From an uncultured Acidimicrobiia bacterium (GTDB lineage Bacteria > Actinomycetota > Acidimicrobiia > Spongiisociales > UBA5794), in the NCBI GenBank assembly GCA_963714375.1, contig CAVQOG010000006.1:287603-351602 (forward strand): a stretch of 64,000 bases of DNA. Reading direction: 5' to 3'. Both the position numbers and the translations under genes were made by a program. The notes under the pieces were generated by a model that saw nothing but the letters and a program-made list of their open reading frames with translations, did not search any database and had not been told where the DNA came from. The first letter of the stretch is position 1. Each line of letters starts with the position of its first letter. Shown piece after piece: positions 1 to 8,842 of this stretch.

Positions 1-98
1 AGTGACAACCAGGAACACGCTCATCCCTACTGCCACAAGAATCACGAGAAGGACCAATTTTGCCTTGGACGTCCAATTGAATCGGATTGCGAGCCACG
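1..98 (-). CDS. ABC transporter permease (FtsX/MacB-like), N-terminal fragment running off the window start
   Basis: The reverse-complement of bases 1-98 reads V-AELNRIAWLAIRFNWTSKAKLVLLVILVAVGMSVFLVV from a GTG at 96-98. This resembles the N-terminus and first TM helix of FtsX-type permeases. It lies directly downstream of the MacB-like ATPase in the same operon orientation. Confidence 0.4.
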
Positions 99-125
99 CG
101 ATGCGGTTCAGTTCGGCCACGGCAT

Positions 126-875
126 CTACCTCAGCTCTCCCTTGACAAGCTCGAGCCGGTGACTGGCCATGGAAGCGATGGTGCTGTCGTGTGTCACCAT
201 CACGACGGTTGTCCCGAACCGTGATGACAGCGACAGGATTGTTTCAGCGACGCTGTTGGCCGTTTCCTCGTCGAGGTTGCCCGTTGGCTCGTCGGCCACG
301 AACAATGAGGGGTCGGAGAACAAGGCGCGCCCGATTGCTACGCGTTGGCGTTGACCGCCAGACATTTGGTTCGGTTTGCGACCAGCGACCTCCCCTATGT
401 CGAGTTGTTCGAGGATCTCGGTGGCTCGTTGGCGGGCAATGCGACGCCGACCGGTTTGGGATCGGAAGAACCAAGGGAGCATCACGTTTTCCGCGGCCGA
501 TAGGGAGCTTTCCAGGTGGTACGACTGAAACACGATTCCGATCGATGTCGAACGCAAGGATGCAATCGTGTTGTCCGACAGCCTTGAGACCTCAACGTCG
601 TCGAGAGTGACGTTTCCCGCCGTCGGTCGCCGAAGCAGTGACAGAACGGAAATTAGAGTCGACTTGCCGCTTCCCGATCTGCCCACGATGGCTGTGGAAG
701 TTCCGCGGCGGAATTCAACGTCGACATCGCGAAGCGCCACAACCGGGCCCAGCGGGGACGGATACTCAACGGTGACCGATGACAGCACCGCCGCATTCGC
801 GCTCAACCTATTGCTCCTCGAGAGGGACGAGCTCGGCACCAACCAATACGTCGGACGTGATAACCCGCAAAACAC
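126..875 (-). CDS. ABC transporter ATP-binding protein (LolD/MacB/FtsE family)
   Basis: Walker A GRSGSGKST, ABC signature LSGGQRQRVAIGRAL and Walker B LFVADEPTGNLD are present. The ORF's 5' end overlaps the upstream adaptor gene, so the true start is probably internal, near 790. Confidence 0.9.
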   Translation of the reverse strand: MFCGLSRPTYWLVPSSSLSRSNRLSANAAVLSSVTVEYPSPLGPVVALRDVDVEFRRGTSTAIVGRSGSGKSTLISVLSLLRRPTAGNVTLDDVEVSRLSDNTIASLRSTSIGIVFQSYHLESSLSAAENVMLPWFFRSQTGRRRIARQRATEILEQLDIGEVAGRKPNQMSGGQRQRVAIGRALFSDPSLFVADEPTGNLDEETANSVAETILSLSSRFGTTVVMVTHDSTIASMASHRLELVKGELR

Positions 876-1707
876 CGTCGGTCACTCCCACAGTGACCGG
901 GACCTTAGAGACCTCGCCGTCGAGCACCACGTTGACGAAGTATCCATCGGTCACCTTGTCGTATCCAACAAATACGTTGGGTACAACGATGGCTCCCTTC
1001 ATCAGCTCCGACTTCAGAATGACCCTCGCCCGAAGACCCGGAGCGGTCTCAATGTGGGCCGGCAGCCGGCAGTGAAGCGCTGAGGAACTAGGAGCCGCCC
1101 CAGCATCAGACTCGTCAGCCAACTCAGGTGCTTGTATCCAGAGAGCGTCGCAGTCAACCTGGCGTTCACCTGCGATCGTCTCGATCACGGCCTCACCTGA
1201 AAAGCGCAAAGATCGATAACGCAAGTCCTGGATTGGTGTCAGAGCGACGACGACATCGATGCCCGGTGACTGCACGATCGGTGTCGTCCCATGGAACCCA
1301 AACACTCCCCCGACCGGGGCGTCGATCGGACCCTCGAGACCGCGGAGACGCTCAAGTCGAGCCGTATCGATGCTGCCGGCCCCGTTGACGTCGAGCGAAC
1401 GTTCGATCACTGGGTCAATAACTGCCGCTCCGACACGCTGCCCCCGCTCCACCGGGTCGCCGACAGCCACGGAAGCCACGAAAGTCAGCTGGGCCAGCGA
1501 TATCAGGCCAACACTCAGGCCGCCTACCGAGACACCATCAAGATTGAACGTGATCTGAAAGTCGTCCCGGCGGATCTCCACCGCGCGGTCGACCAACGGA
1601 TCATCGGATGACATGCCAGGATTGCCAGGATCAGAGACTGCGGGCGAACACGCGGTCAACAGCACCGCTGCAGCAAGACCAAGAGCCCAGGTTCGTCGGT
1701 ACCTCAC
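808..1707 (-). CDS. HlyD-family efflux periplasmic adaptor lipoprotein (MacA-like)
   Basis: N-terminal signal peptide with lipobox (LLTACS). Length and beta-barrel-rich composition are typical of membrane-fusion proteins. It is in an operon with the ABC ATPase and permease. Confidence 0.7.
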   Translation of the reverse strand: MRYRRTWALGLAAAVLLTACSPAVSDPGNPGMSSDDPLVDRAVEIRRDDFQITFNLDGVSVGGLSVGLISLAQLTFVASVAVGDPVERGQRVGAAVIDPVIERSLDVNGAGSIDTARLERLRGLEGPIDAPVGGVFGFHGTTPIVQSPGIDVVVALTPIQDLRYRSLRFSGEAVIETIAGERQVDCDALWIQAPELADESDAGAAPSSSALHCRLPAHIETAPGLRARVILKSELMKGAIVVPNVFVGYDKVTDGYFVNVVLDGEVSKVPVTVGVTDGVLRVITSDVLVGAELVPLEEQ

Positions 1708-2195
1708 TCTTCTCCTTCGACAACGTCCCTGATTGTCGGTCCGGACGCCTCACCGGGGTTCGCCGGGATCCACCGACCGCAACTCCCCTCAGCGGTGAGC
1801 CAGAAGCGAAGCTGCTCCAGTTCACCGGAATCGAGCCTGGTCTCGAGTTGGGCGTACGAGGTCTTCCAGTCTGTATATGACGGCTCTCTGGGGCTGACCG
1901 GTGCCGGGAGCGGACCAAGATCAGGGGCTACCCCTCTGGTGATCCAGTCCTCGTAGACACGAAAGGCATCTCGACAAACCACAAAGTTGATCACAATGCC
2001 CTGAGCCATGCTCTCCTTCGTGTCCTCGGGTTCCTCTTCGATCTTCTGCCGAGCTACCGGATTGACTAGCACCTCAGCCACGACGACCTCATCGAGCCCC
2101 TCAAAAAATGAAGCGTCAACCGATAGCGGTTCCGCTGAATCACAACCGGTAACCACCAACAGAAAACCTACAATGAGAGCTACGTTTCGTTTCAT
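1704..2195 (-). CDS. hypothetical lipoprotein
   Basis: Signal peptide MKRNVALIVGFLLVVTGC with lipobox; no recognisable domain. Confidence 0.45.
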   Translation of the reverse strand: MKRNVALIVGFLLVVTGCDSAEPLSVDASFFEGLDEVVVAEVLVNPVARQKIEEEPEDTKESMAQGIVINFVVCRDAFRVYEDWITRGVAPDLGPLPAPVSPREPSYTDWKTSYAQLETRLDSGELEQLRFWLTAEGSCGRWIPANPGEASGPTIRDVVEGEE

Positions 2196-2508
2196 ACGAA
2201 CCTCAAGTCGAACCGTGTGCGGCCGGGGGACCGGAGATCCACTCCGGTCACCCGCTTGCTTGCGTCAGAACTAACTGCATATTCAATCCTCCTTTGAAAC
2301 AAGCGAGGCCCGGAATTGGCGTTGCTGGCACCCTCCAGGACCGTTCCCGTTCAACCTGCATCCTCCCTTCACAGCTCCGACAGCAACCGGCTCTTGCCGA
2401 CCAACCTATTGTTTGTCAGTCACCGCAGATTGGTTCTCGTCCCGCAAGTTCTCCGCGGCAAAAGCGCACCAGCGTGTACCCGGCAATCGACAACGCGTAC
2501 AAGTGGTG

Positions 2509-5500
2509 TCACCTTCCGATGGCGTTCCGTCCGTGCTCCTGTTCCCTTGTCAGGAGGCGGAGATGACGCTGGACTGCACGCTGGGTGACGATCCATGCGG
2601 CACGCTCGATGACATCGCTGCTGGGCGGTCGCGGTCCGAGGAGGTCGGTAGCATCGTCGGGTATGTCGTGTTCGGTGCGGAATCGGATTGCCCGGTCGAC
2701 GGCAGCGTCCCATGCCCCCTGGCGTTCGTGGTCGCTGGGCCGTTCACCGAGGCTGTTGGTGACCCAATCCGGTGGCTGGAAGGCGATAGTTGCGAGCTGG
2801 TCGCGGTGCCGGTCGCGGATCTCGAGTTCAAGTTTCACGTATTCGACGATCGGTTCGTTTGGAACGTCGTTCGTCTCCGTCAATCGTTCCCCTGCGCCTA
2901 GGGCGGCGAGGCTGTCTTTGACTTCGGTGAGTCGTTGTTTGAGTTGTTCGTCGGTGAGGGTGTTGGGTCCGCGTCCTGTGTCGTGGGCGGCGGGTTCAGC
3001 GGCGGTGCGGGCAAGGGCGGCGATGAGTGCCGGGAGGCGGTCGGGGTGCTCGTGGGCGAGGTGTTCGCATTCTTCCTGGCTCATATCGGGATTGGTGAGG
3101 TAGATCGTGTTGGCTTCGCGACCTCGGCTCATGGTGACGTAAATCCATTCACGGTCGACTCCGTCGCTCGCGACGGTGTGGGCACGTCGTGCTGTGGCTC
3201 CTTGGGCTTTGTGGCCGGTGAGGGCGTATCCCCAGTCGAGGTGACCGTCGTCGAGGTACCAATGCGGCACGTTCGCTGATCGACCGTCGCGGTCCAAACG
3301 GATGGTGACCGTTCGGCGTTCGGTGTCGATTCCGGTGATCGTGGCGAGATCACCGTTGAGGACGCCAAGTCGATCCCGGTTCTTGAGGCACACAACACGG
3401 TCACCGGTCTGGAAGTCGCGGCCCTGAGCCTTCAGAGTGGGTCCCTTGAGCAGTCCGGCTTCGGCAACCAAGGTACGGGCTCGTTGATTGAGTTCATCAA
3501 CGGTGGTGTTGCGGTGACCGATGAGCAGCACCTGGGCAGGATCACCGACCTCTTGGACGTCGCGGTACCAAGCGTCGACTGCCTGGCCGATGGTGTCATC
3601 GTCGGTGGGTGCGACGCTGATTTTGCCGCGTCGGTTGTACATAGCAACCGCCCGCGACACTGAGCCTTCACGTAGTTCGGTGAGTGCGGTTCGTTCCCAC
3701 CCTTGGCCCTGTCGGACATTCTCAGTCAACTCGACGACCGGGAGACGGGCCGTCAGCGCGGCGAAGAGACCACCGGCGTCTATCTCGGCGAGCTGGCGGT
3801 GGTCACCGATCAGGATGAGCTTGCCCGATGCAGCCTCGACGAGGTCGGAGACTTGGGCGAGTTGACGGGTCCCGACCATCCCGGATTCATCAACAACAAC
3901 GATGGCGCCAGCGGGGAGCCCACCGGCTGCCTTGGTCTCCCACAGAAACCGCGTGATCGTCGTGGACGAGATACCGGTGGAGGTTTCGAACCCCGCAGCC
4001 GCCCGAGCAGCGAGAGCCGCACCCACGACGGGCGTGCCGGTCTGTGAGGCGAGGTCGCCGATAATGGACATGACGGTGGTCTTGCCAGTACCTGCGGCTC
4101 CCACCCCCACGTCGATGGCGTTGCCCGATGTGGCGAAGCGGCGGACCATCGCCCGTTGCCCATCGGTCAGACTCAAGTCGGCGTCGAGGGCCGCGTCGAC
4201 TTGCGAATCCGGTACGGCCCAGCGGTCGGCCTCGATCCCGGCGATGGCACGGTTGATGATCCGCTGCTCGATCGTGAGGAGTTCGGTGGTGGTGTAGCGG
4301 CGTTCATTGACAAGTCCCGGGAAGGTCACTCCATTCTTCCGACGCAGAATCCTGGGCCTGGCCGAATCGACGAGCTCGAGAAGGCGTTCGAGTTCAATCG
4401 GGTCAAACTCGATGGGCGGATCTACGCCAGCATCAACGGCCGTATGGCTAGGCAAGATGGCGACCACATCTGAACGGTGCAGGAATGTATCGGCGAGGGC
4501 TTCGACCTCAGCCCGTCGTCCGCCCTCGGGAAGAGCCTCTGCCGCTGCCATGATCACATCTGGGCGCCCGAACGTCGATGCTTGGGCAGTCAGTCCCTCG
4601 GCGGATGCCAACCGGTCAAACACGGGCTCAGGATCAGGGATCGTGACCTCTTGGCGCCGCCCAAGCAACAATGCCACTGATTCGGGTGTCACTCCCACTT
4701 CGGAGCCCCGTTCCATCCAATGCGGGATGAGCGTGTCGAGTGGGTGGTCTCGTTTGGGGCTGCGGGTCGCAAGGGTTGCGATCTCGTTCACACCAGGAGT
4801 ATCGGGAAGGTTCCGAGCGTCACGCCAGGATTCAATCTGTTGGCGTCGCTGGGAGAACGCCACGATCTGGTCCCGGGTGAACCCCTCGATGTCAGCCATA
4901 CCTTTTTGGACTGGTTGCCAGCGGACCCCGAGGCGTTCCGTGAGACGGCTCCGCAGCTCAGCTTCGTGGAGATAGCCAGCTGCGAGCTTGTGCCGATACA
5001 ACAGACGCCCGTCAACAGCACGCCACACCCCATCGACACCTTCCACCCTGTTTCCGACCACAACATGGGTATGGAGCTGTGGGTCGTCGGCACGGCTCGT
5101 GAACTCGGTGAAACACGCAGACACGTACCCGTTGGCACGGATCGGCCACGTCTCCACCCGCTGACGAGGAAGACCGTCCTCGTCGAGGATCGGCTTGCCC
5201 TCGTCGTCCAAGACCGGTGTCCGGGACGCTCCCCGGGTAGAAGATGCCACCGACTCCAGATAGGTCAAAGCCTCGGTGGTGGACTCCCCAAACGCTTCAA
5301 CCACGTGACGTCGGACCTCGTCGTCGCCAAATGCCCAGAGAAGCGATACCGATTTGTCAGCAGAAAAGGTCAGATCCCACGCAGCCACCCCATCCTTTCG
5401 AATCCGACGCCCCAGCTGCTCCCCCGTCGCTGGATGTTGTCCGTCGAAGAGCCGAACCAGACCCTCACCCGACACAGTGCCCGCCAGGCCCAGTTCGGTG

Positions 5501-5622
5501 GCGCCGCTGCCATGCCAGCGACCCTTCGCCGTCCCGCCCCGCAAGTAATAGTCCTCACGAGGCGAGATCTCCCCGAGCTTTTCGAGGTAGTAGTCCTTGT
5601 GGGCCTTGGCGATACTCAACAT
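2509..5622 (-). CDS. MobF-family conjugative relaxase (TrwC domain) fused to a RecD-like/AAA_30 helicase (TraA-like)
   Basis: N-terminal TrwC relaxase region (MLSIAKAHKDYYLEKLGEI...DLTFSADKSVSLLWAFG...HTHVVVGN). Central Walker A GAAGTGKTT and UvrD_C-like C-terminal region. The ORF-track start at 5706 is probably upstream extension; MLSIAK at 5622 fits the family N-terminus. Confidence 0.88.
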   Translation of the reverse strand: MLSIAKAHKDYYLEKLGEISPREDYYLRGGTAKGRWHGSGATELGLAGTVSGEGLVRLFDGQHPATGEQLGRRIRKDGVAAWDLTFSADKSVSLLWAFGDDEVRRHVVEAFGESTTEALTYLESVASSTRGASRTPVLDDEGKPILDEDGLPRQRVETWPIRANGYVSACFTEFTSRADDPQLHTHVVVGNRVEGVDGVWRAVDGRLLYRHKLAAGYLHEAELRSRLTERLGVRWQPVQKGMADIEGFTRDQIVAFSQRRQQIESWRDARNLPDTPGVNEIATLATRSPKRDHPLDTLIPHWMERGSEVGVTPESVALLLGRRQEVTIPDPEPVFDRLASAEGLTAQASTFGRPDVIMAAAEALPEGGRRAEVEALADTFLHRSDVVAILPSHTAVDAGVDPPIEFDPIELERLLELVDSARPRILRRKNGVTFPGLVNERRYTTTELLTIEQRIINRAIAGIEADRWAVPDSQVDAALDADLSLTDGQRAMVRRFATSGNAIDVGVGAAGTGKTTVMSIIGDLASQTGTPVVGAALAARAAAGFETSTGISSTTITRFLWETKAAGGLPAGAIVVVDESGMVGTRQLAQVSDLVEAASGKLILIGDHRQLAEIDAGGLFAALTARLPVVELTENVRQGQGWERTALTELREGSVSRAVAMYNRRGKISVAPTDDDTIGQAVDAWYRDVQEVGDPAQVLLIGHRNTTVDELNQRARTLVAEAGLLKGPTLKAQGRDFQTGDRVVCLKNRDRLGVLNGDLATITGIDTERRTVTIRLDRDGRSANVPHWYLDDGHLDWGYALTGHKAQGATARRAHTVASDGVDREWIYVTMSRGREANTIYLTNPDMSQEECEHLAHEHPDRLPALIAALARTAAEPAAHDTGRGPNTLTDEQLKQRLTEVKDSLAALGAGERLTETNDVPNEPIVEYVKLELEIRDRHRDQLATIAFQPPDWVTNSLGERPSDHERQGAWDAAVDRAIRFRTEHDIPDDATDLLGPRPPSSDVIERAAWIVTQRAVQRHLRLLTREQEHGRNAIGR

Positions 5623-5830
5623 CTCGCCGCCCCCACGATGTCTACATGTATACATCCCGCAACTTGTTGCACATGCGTGTGGTGAAGAGGACGGTTTGAT
5701 TGGCAACGGCTGACAGGGTGCCGCGACGCGATGTTGATGGCTACTTGTCGGTACCTGTTGGTTGTCATCGGGTTCTTCTCCTCGATCTGGCTCATTGGGC
5801 TGATCGTGGAGGAGGACCCTGTCACCAGAA

Positions 5831-5847
5831 TGTCAGTAACCCTGTCA
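5831..5847. repeat. inverted copy of the TGACAGGGTTACTGACA motif
   Basis: tgtcagtaaccctgtca is the exact reverse complement of the 17-mer found at 6065-6081. Confidence 0.7.
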
Positions 5848-6060
5848 AAGGAGAGAAATCTCGCCGAATCCCACCGCGGCAACGAGGGGAATCGGCCGTT
5901 AGGCGCTGCAACGCCTGGGAAACGGCAACCGTGCGGTAGCCACGGCAATATCCAGGAACGTCGGATCTTTCCAAGGATTCCGCCCTCGAAACGTCGCTCT
6001 GTCAGTGAGCGTCGTCACATTTGAGAGTCCTGAAGACGTCAATAGCAATCTGATAACAGT

Positions 6061-6168
6061 CTGATGACAGGGTTACTGACAATCTGATGACAGGGTTGCT
6101 GACACTCTGGTGAGAGGGCTCGCCAAACAGACCTGGCTCCAGGTTGCTGAGACTTTGGTGAGAGGGTT
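6061..6168. repeat. cluster of four direct repeats (ctgRtgaSagggYt), iteron-like
   Basis: ctgatgacagggtta (6061), ctgatgacagggttg (6084), ctggtgagagggct (6105) and ttggtgagagggtt (6155). A degenerate copy tgataacagt lies at 6051 and ttgacagggtc lies in the int promoter at 6320. The cluster sits between the relaxase and integrase genes. Confidence 0.7.
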
Positions 6169-6319
6169 GGGCGGCACGATCGACGTGTAGAAACAACAGA
6201 ACATGAGACCAGCTGAGACGATGCGGTAGATCAGCTCCACCACCGAGATTGTCGGTGTACGAGCCCGTCATGAATGATTGGCATCTCACCACGCGAGGTG
6301 GTCGTGAGATAGCATCGGA

Positions 6320-6348
6320 TTGACAGGGTCGTGGGTCACGACTACTCA
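6320..6348 (+). promoter_or_regulatory. sigma70-like promoter for the integrase gene (TTGACA-17-TACTCA)
   Basis: ttgaca at 6320-6325, 17-nt spacer, tactca at 6343-6348. An AGGAGG RBS at 6384-6389 lies 4 nt before the ATG at 6394. Confidence 0.5.
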
Positions 6349-6393
6349 AGGGAATTCGACATTCAAATCGCAGTCCGACACGAAGGAGGCTGA

Positions 6394-7476
6394 ATGGCAT
6401 CGATCAATCCGCACATGACCACCAGAGGTGAACGCAGATACATCGTGCGTTTCCGAGATCCAGCAAATCGCCAGCAGCAGAAGACGTTCCGGCGCAAGGT
6501 CGATGCTGAACGGTTCCGCAACGCCGTTGAGGTATCCAAGGACCAAGGGACCTACGTCGATGGGCGTGCAGGGAACGTGACCTTTGCGGTTATCGCCGAT
6601 CGTTGGCTTGGGACCCGTAGCGATAAGGCCCGCTCAACCCGTGACCGTGACAGCTCGTACTTGCGGTCATTGATCCTGCCGACATTTGGCGATCGGATCA
6701 TCAAGTCGATCAGGCCATCTGAAGTCGAGACCTGGCTCGCTTCGATGGACAAGGCACCCAACACCAAAGGCCGAGCACTTCAGATTGTCCGAAGCGTCTT
6801 TGATCTTGCTCGCCGGGACCGACTCATCGCCTCGAACCCGGCAGCCGATGTAGGGCCCCCTCCGATGAAACCACTTCGCACCGGACGCGCACTTACCGAC
6901 GGCGAGATGAATGCCATGATCATCGCCGCTGAGGAAGTCGACGAACGAACAGCGGTGATCGTTCACCTGATGGCCCGCTGCGGACTTCGCATCGGAGAAG
7001 CCCTCGCCTTGCGGCGCCAGGACGTGGACCTCGATTCCAACACGCTCACCGTCGCTACGACGATGACCCGCGAGGAAGGCATCCGACCGGTGAAGGGGCG
7101 CGTCAGGGAGGACGAGGGTCGGGTCATACCCATCCCGAGCGATGTCGCCGAACGATTGCGCCATCACTTCAACCAGCGACCCATCACCAACATCGGTGGG
7201 TTCATCGTGACCTCGCCACGCGGTGGCCCGCTCCACTACAACAACTGGCGAGCCAGGGTCTGGGTCAGGATCACACAGCGGATCGACTTCGACGTGACGC
7301 CGCACGACCTACGACGCACCGCAGCAACCCGCTTGTTCCTCGTGGACCGTTGGACACCAGCTGAGGTGCAGGCCTTCATGGGACATCTCGACCCTCGTGT
7401 GACACTCGGAATCTACACCGTTGTTGCATCCGAAAAGCTCCCCCGACCGTCCACTTTGCGCATGCAGATCATTTGA
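6394..7476 (+). CDS. int: tyrosine-type site-specific integrase (phage integrase family)
   Basis: N-terminal SAM-like region and C-terminal catalytic domain. The R..HDLRRTAATRL..GH..........Y residue pattern (HDLRRTAATRLFL, AFMGHLDPRVTLGIYTVV) is present. The gene is adjacent to a tRNA 3' end. Confidence 0.9.
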   Translation: MASINPHMTTRGERRYIVRFRDPANRQQQKTFRRKVDAERFRNAVEVSKDQGTYVDGRAGNVTFAVIADRWLGTRSDKARSTRDRDSSYLRSLILPTFGDRIIKSIRPSEVETWLASMDKAPNTKGRALQIVRSVFDLARRDRLIASNPAADVGPPPMKPLRTGRALTDGEMNAMIIAAEEVDERTAVIVHLMARCGLRIGEALALRRQDVDLDSNTLTVATTMTREEGIRPVKGRVREDEGRVIPIPSDVAERLRHHFNQRPITNIGGFIVTSPRGGPLHYNNWRARVWVRITQRIDFDVTPHDLRRTAATRLFLVDRWTPAEVQAFMGHLDPRVTLGIYTVVASEKLPRPSTLRMQII

Positions 7477-7538
7477 CGTGTGGGGTTTTTGTGGGGTTTT
7501 CACCTCGCAAGCGACACACGGAAAGTCCGAGAAACGAC

Positions 7539-7566
7539 AGAAACCCATGCAGCCGCAAGGGTTTCT
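7539..7566. terminator. hairpin (agaaaccc-N12-gggtttct) between the integrase stop and the tRNA-Val 3' end
   Basis: 8-bp perfect inverted repeat. It lies 5 nt beyond the tRNA 3' end, so it may be the tRNA terminator and/or part of the att region. Confidence 0.45.
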
Positions 7567-7571
7567 GTACG

Positions 7572-7643
7572 TGGGCGATACTGGATTTGAACCAGTGACC
7601 CCTGCCGTGTCGAGGCAGTGCTCTGCCGCTGAGCTAATCGCCC
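7572..7643 (-). tRNA. tRNA-Val (anticodon GAC)
   Basis: Reverse complement GGGCGATTAGCTCAGCGGCAGAGCACTGCCTCGACACGGCAGGGGTCACTGGTTCAAATCCAGTATCGCCCA folds as a 72-nt cloverleaf. Acceptor GGGCGAT/ATCGCCC, T-arm ACTGG-TTCAAAT-CCAGT, anticodon stem CTGCC/GGCAG, loop TCGACAC. Confidence 0.8.
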
Positions 7644-7689
7644 TTTCGGGATTCGGAAGATAGCGGCGGGTTCAGGGAAAGCGCAACGC

Positions 7690-8763
7690 TCAGGCGGCAA
7701 GGGCTTTCTTGGCGCTATCACGTCTCCACAGCAGCAGGGTGATGACACCGATGATGACCTGGGGGAAGTACGTGAAGGCCCTCCATACCAGCGTTGCGGC
7801 GAGCGCGTCGTTCTGTGACATCCCGAATCCCGCGAGCATGCTGGTGATGATGGCATCCGTTGTACCGAGCCCACCGGGTGGGATCGGAATGAACGTCGCC
7901 AAGCGCCCGAGCGCAAAGGCAGCGAACGCCTCGGCGAGCGTGATGGGACCGTCGAAGCCGCCCTGAAGCGCCACCACGGCGAGATAGAGGATCGAGAACT
8001 GAGCGAGTTGCTGTGCAACATTGGCCGCCGTGATGAGAATCCAGCGGTCTGCCACGACGTCGATGATCGAAATCCTGAAGTCAACGAGTGCCTCGGCAGC
8101 ATCGAACGAGACTTCCTTGTGGATCAACCCGGCACCCCAGCCGATGACCGCGTTGCCCCATCCGCCGATCTTTCGAGCCAGGTTCTCGCTCCGCAGGATG
8201 AGGGCAAGCCCACCGACCATCAGCACAACCAGGATCGCGGCGACCACGGTGAGGAGCACATCGTCTGCACCGGTCTGTCCGGTGATCGTGAGCCCGATGA
8301 TCGCCAAGAGGGGCAGAGACAGGGTGACAAGCGTGTTCCATACGCTTGTGATGCCGATGACCGCCGTTGTCGGCGCCGGACCGTATCCGTAGCTCGACAG
8401 CATTCCGTACTGGACCGCAAGCCCCCACGCCCCGCCACCGGGGATGACATTGGAGATCATGAACGATGTTTGGCGCGTGTAGAACCCGTGCTTGAAGCGA
8501 AGCTGTGGCATCGCAGCCGTGTACGGAAAGACGTAGAGGATGATCAGACCAACCGTGGCCGCCGTGATGAGCCCGAGTTGCCACGCCGTCATGCCCTGGA
8601 TCGCTGTCCACGCTGCTGCGTAGTCGCCGAACTGGGGCAGCACCACCACGAAAACAATGACGAGAACAATGAGCGTCAGAATCGTTGCGATGATCTGCTG
8701 CTTGCCAAACTTGGGTTTGGGTGGCTGGAGCGGATCGGGTGTCTGTTGAACGTCGTCGGCCAT
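7690..8763 (-). CDS. lysylphosphatidylglycerol-synthase transmembrane-domain (UPF0104/flippase-like) membrane protein
   Basis: Multi-pass hydrophobic protein with a conserved GxxxRLAT..PIPPGGLGTTD-like segment typical of the MprF TM/flippase-like family. The ORF track extends it to 8910, which would run through tRNA-Cys. The start is placed at MADDVQ (8763). Confidence 0.55.
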   Translation of the reverse strand: MADDVQQTPDPLQPPKPKFGKQQIIATILTLIVLVIVFVVVLPQFGDYAAAWTAIQGMTAWQLGLITAATVGLIILYVFPYTAAMPQLRFKHGFYTRQTSFMISNVIPGGGAWGLAVQYGMLSSYGYGPAPTTAVIGITSVWNTLVTLSLPLLAIIGLTITGQTGADDVLLTVVAAILVVLMVGGLALILRSENLARKIGGWGNAVIGWGAGLIHKEVSFDAAEALVDFRISIIDVVADRWILITAANVAQQLAQFSILYLAVVALQGGFDGPITLAEAFAAFALGRLATFIPIPPGGLGTTDAIITSMLAGFGMSQNDALAATLVWRAFTYFPQVIIGVITLLLWRRDSAKKALAA

Positions 8764-8842
8764 TGTGTGCCTTTGTGCGATACGGACCAAGAAACTCTCG
8801 GGTAGTGGGACTCTAGGCGTTTGGAAGCACCGAATACGGGTT

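Larger units (their letters stand above)
2196..7643. mobile_element. putative integrative mobilizable element (or remnant): MobF relaxase + repeat cluster + tyrosine integrase, adjacent to the tRNA-Val 3' end
   Basis: The integrase gene ends 95 bp from the 3' end of tRNA-Val, the classic tRNA-targeting arrangement. A relaxase gene and an iteron-like repeat cluster lie between them. The left boundary is not identifiable in the window, so the element may extend beyond position 1. Confidence 0.5.

Noticed and set aside
2413-5700. Numerous 60-320 aa ORFs on the plus strand and in other frames overlapping the relaxase gene (for example 2413-2901, 2585-3103, 4307-4975, 4720-5685)
   Set aside because: These are typical spurious antisense or out-of-frame ORFs of high-GC DNA. 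They have Arg/Ser/Pro-rich low-complexity translations and no motifs. The relaxase frame carries unambiguous conserved domains.
7500-8102. 200-aa minus-strand ORF and 85-123 aa plus-strand ORFs overlapping the LPG-synthase-like membrane protein gene
   Set aside because: Arg/Ser-rich translations without motifs. The ORF partly overlaps tRNA-Val and the hydrophobic membrane-protein frame, which is clearly the coding one.
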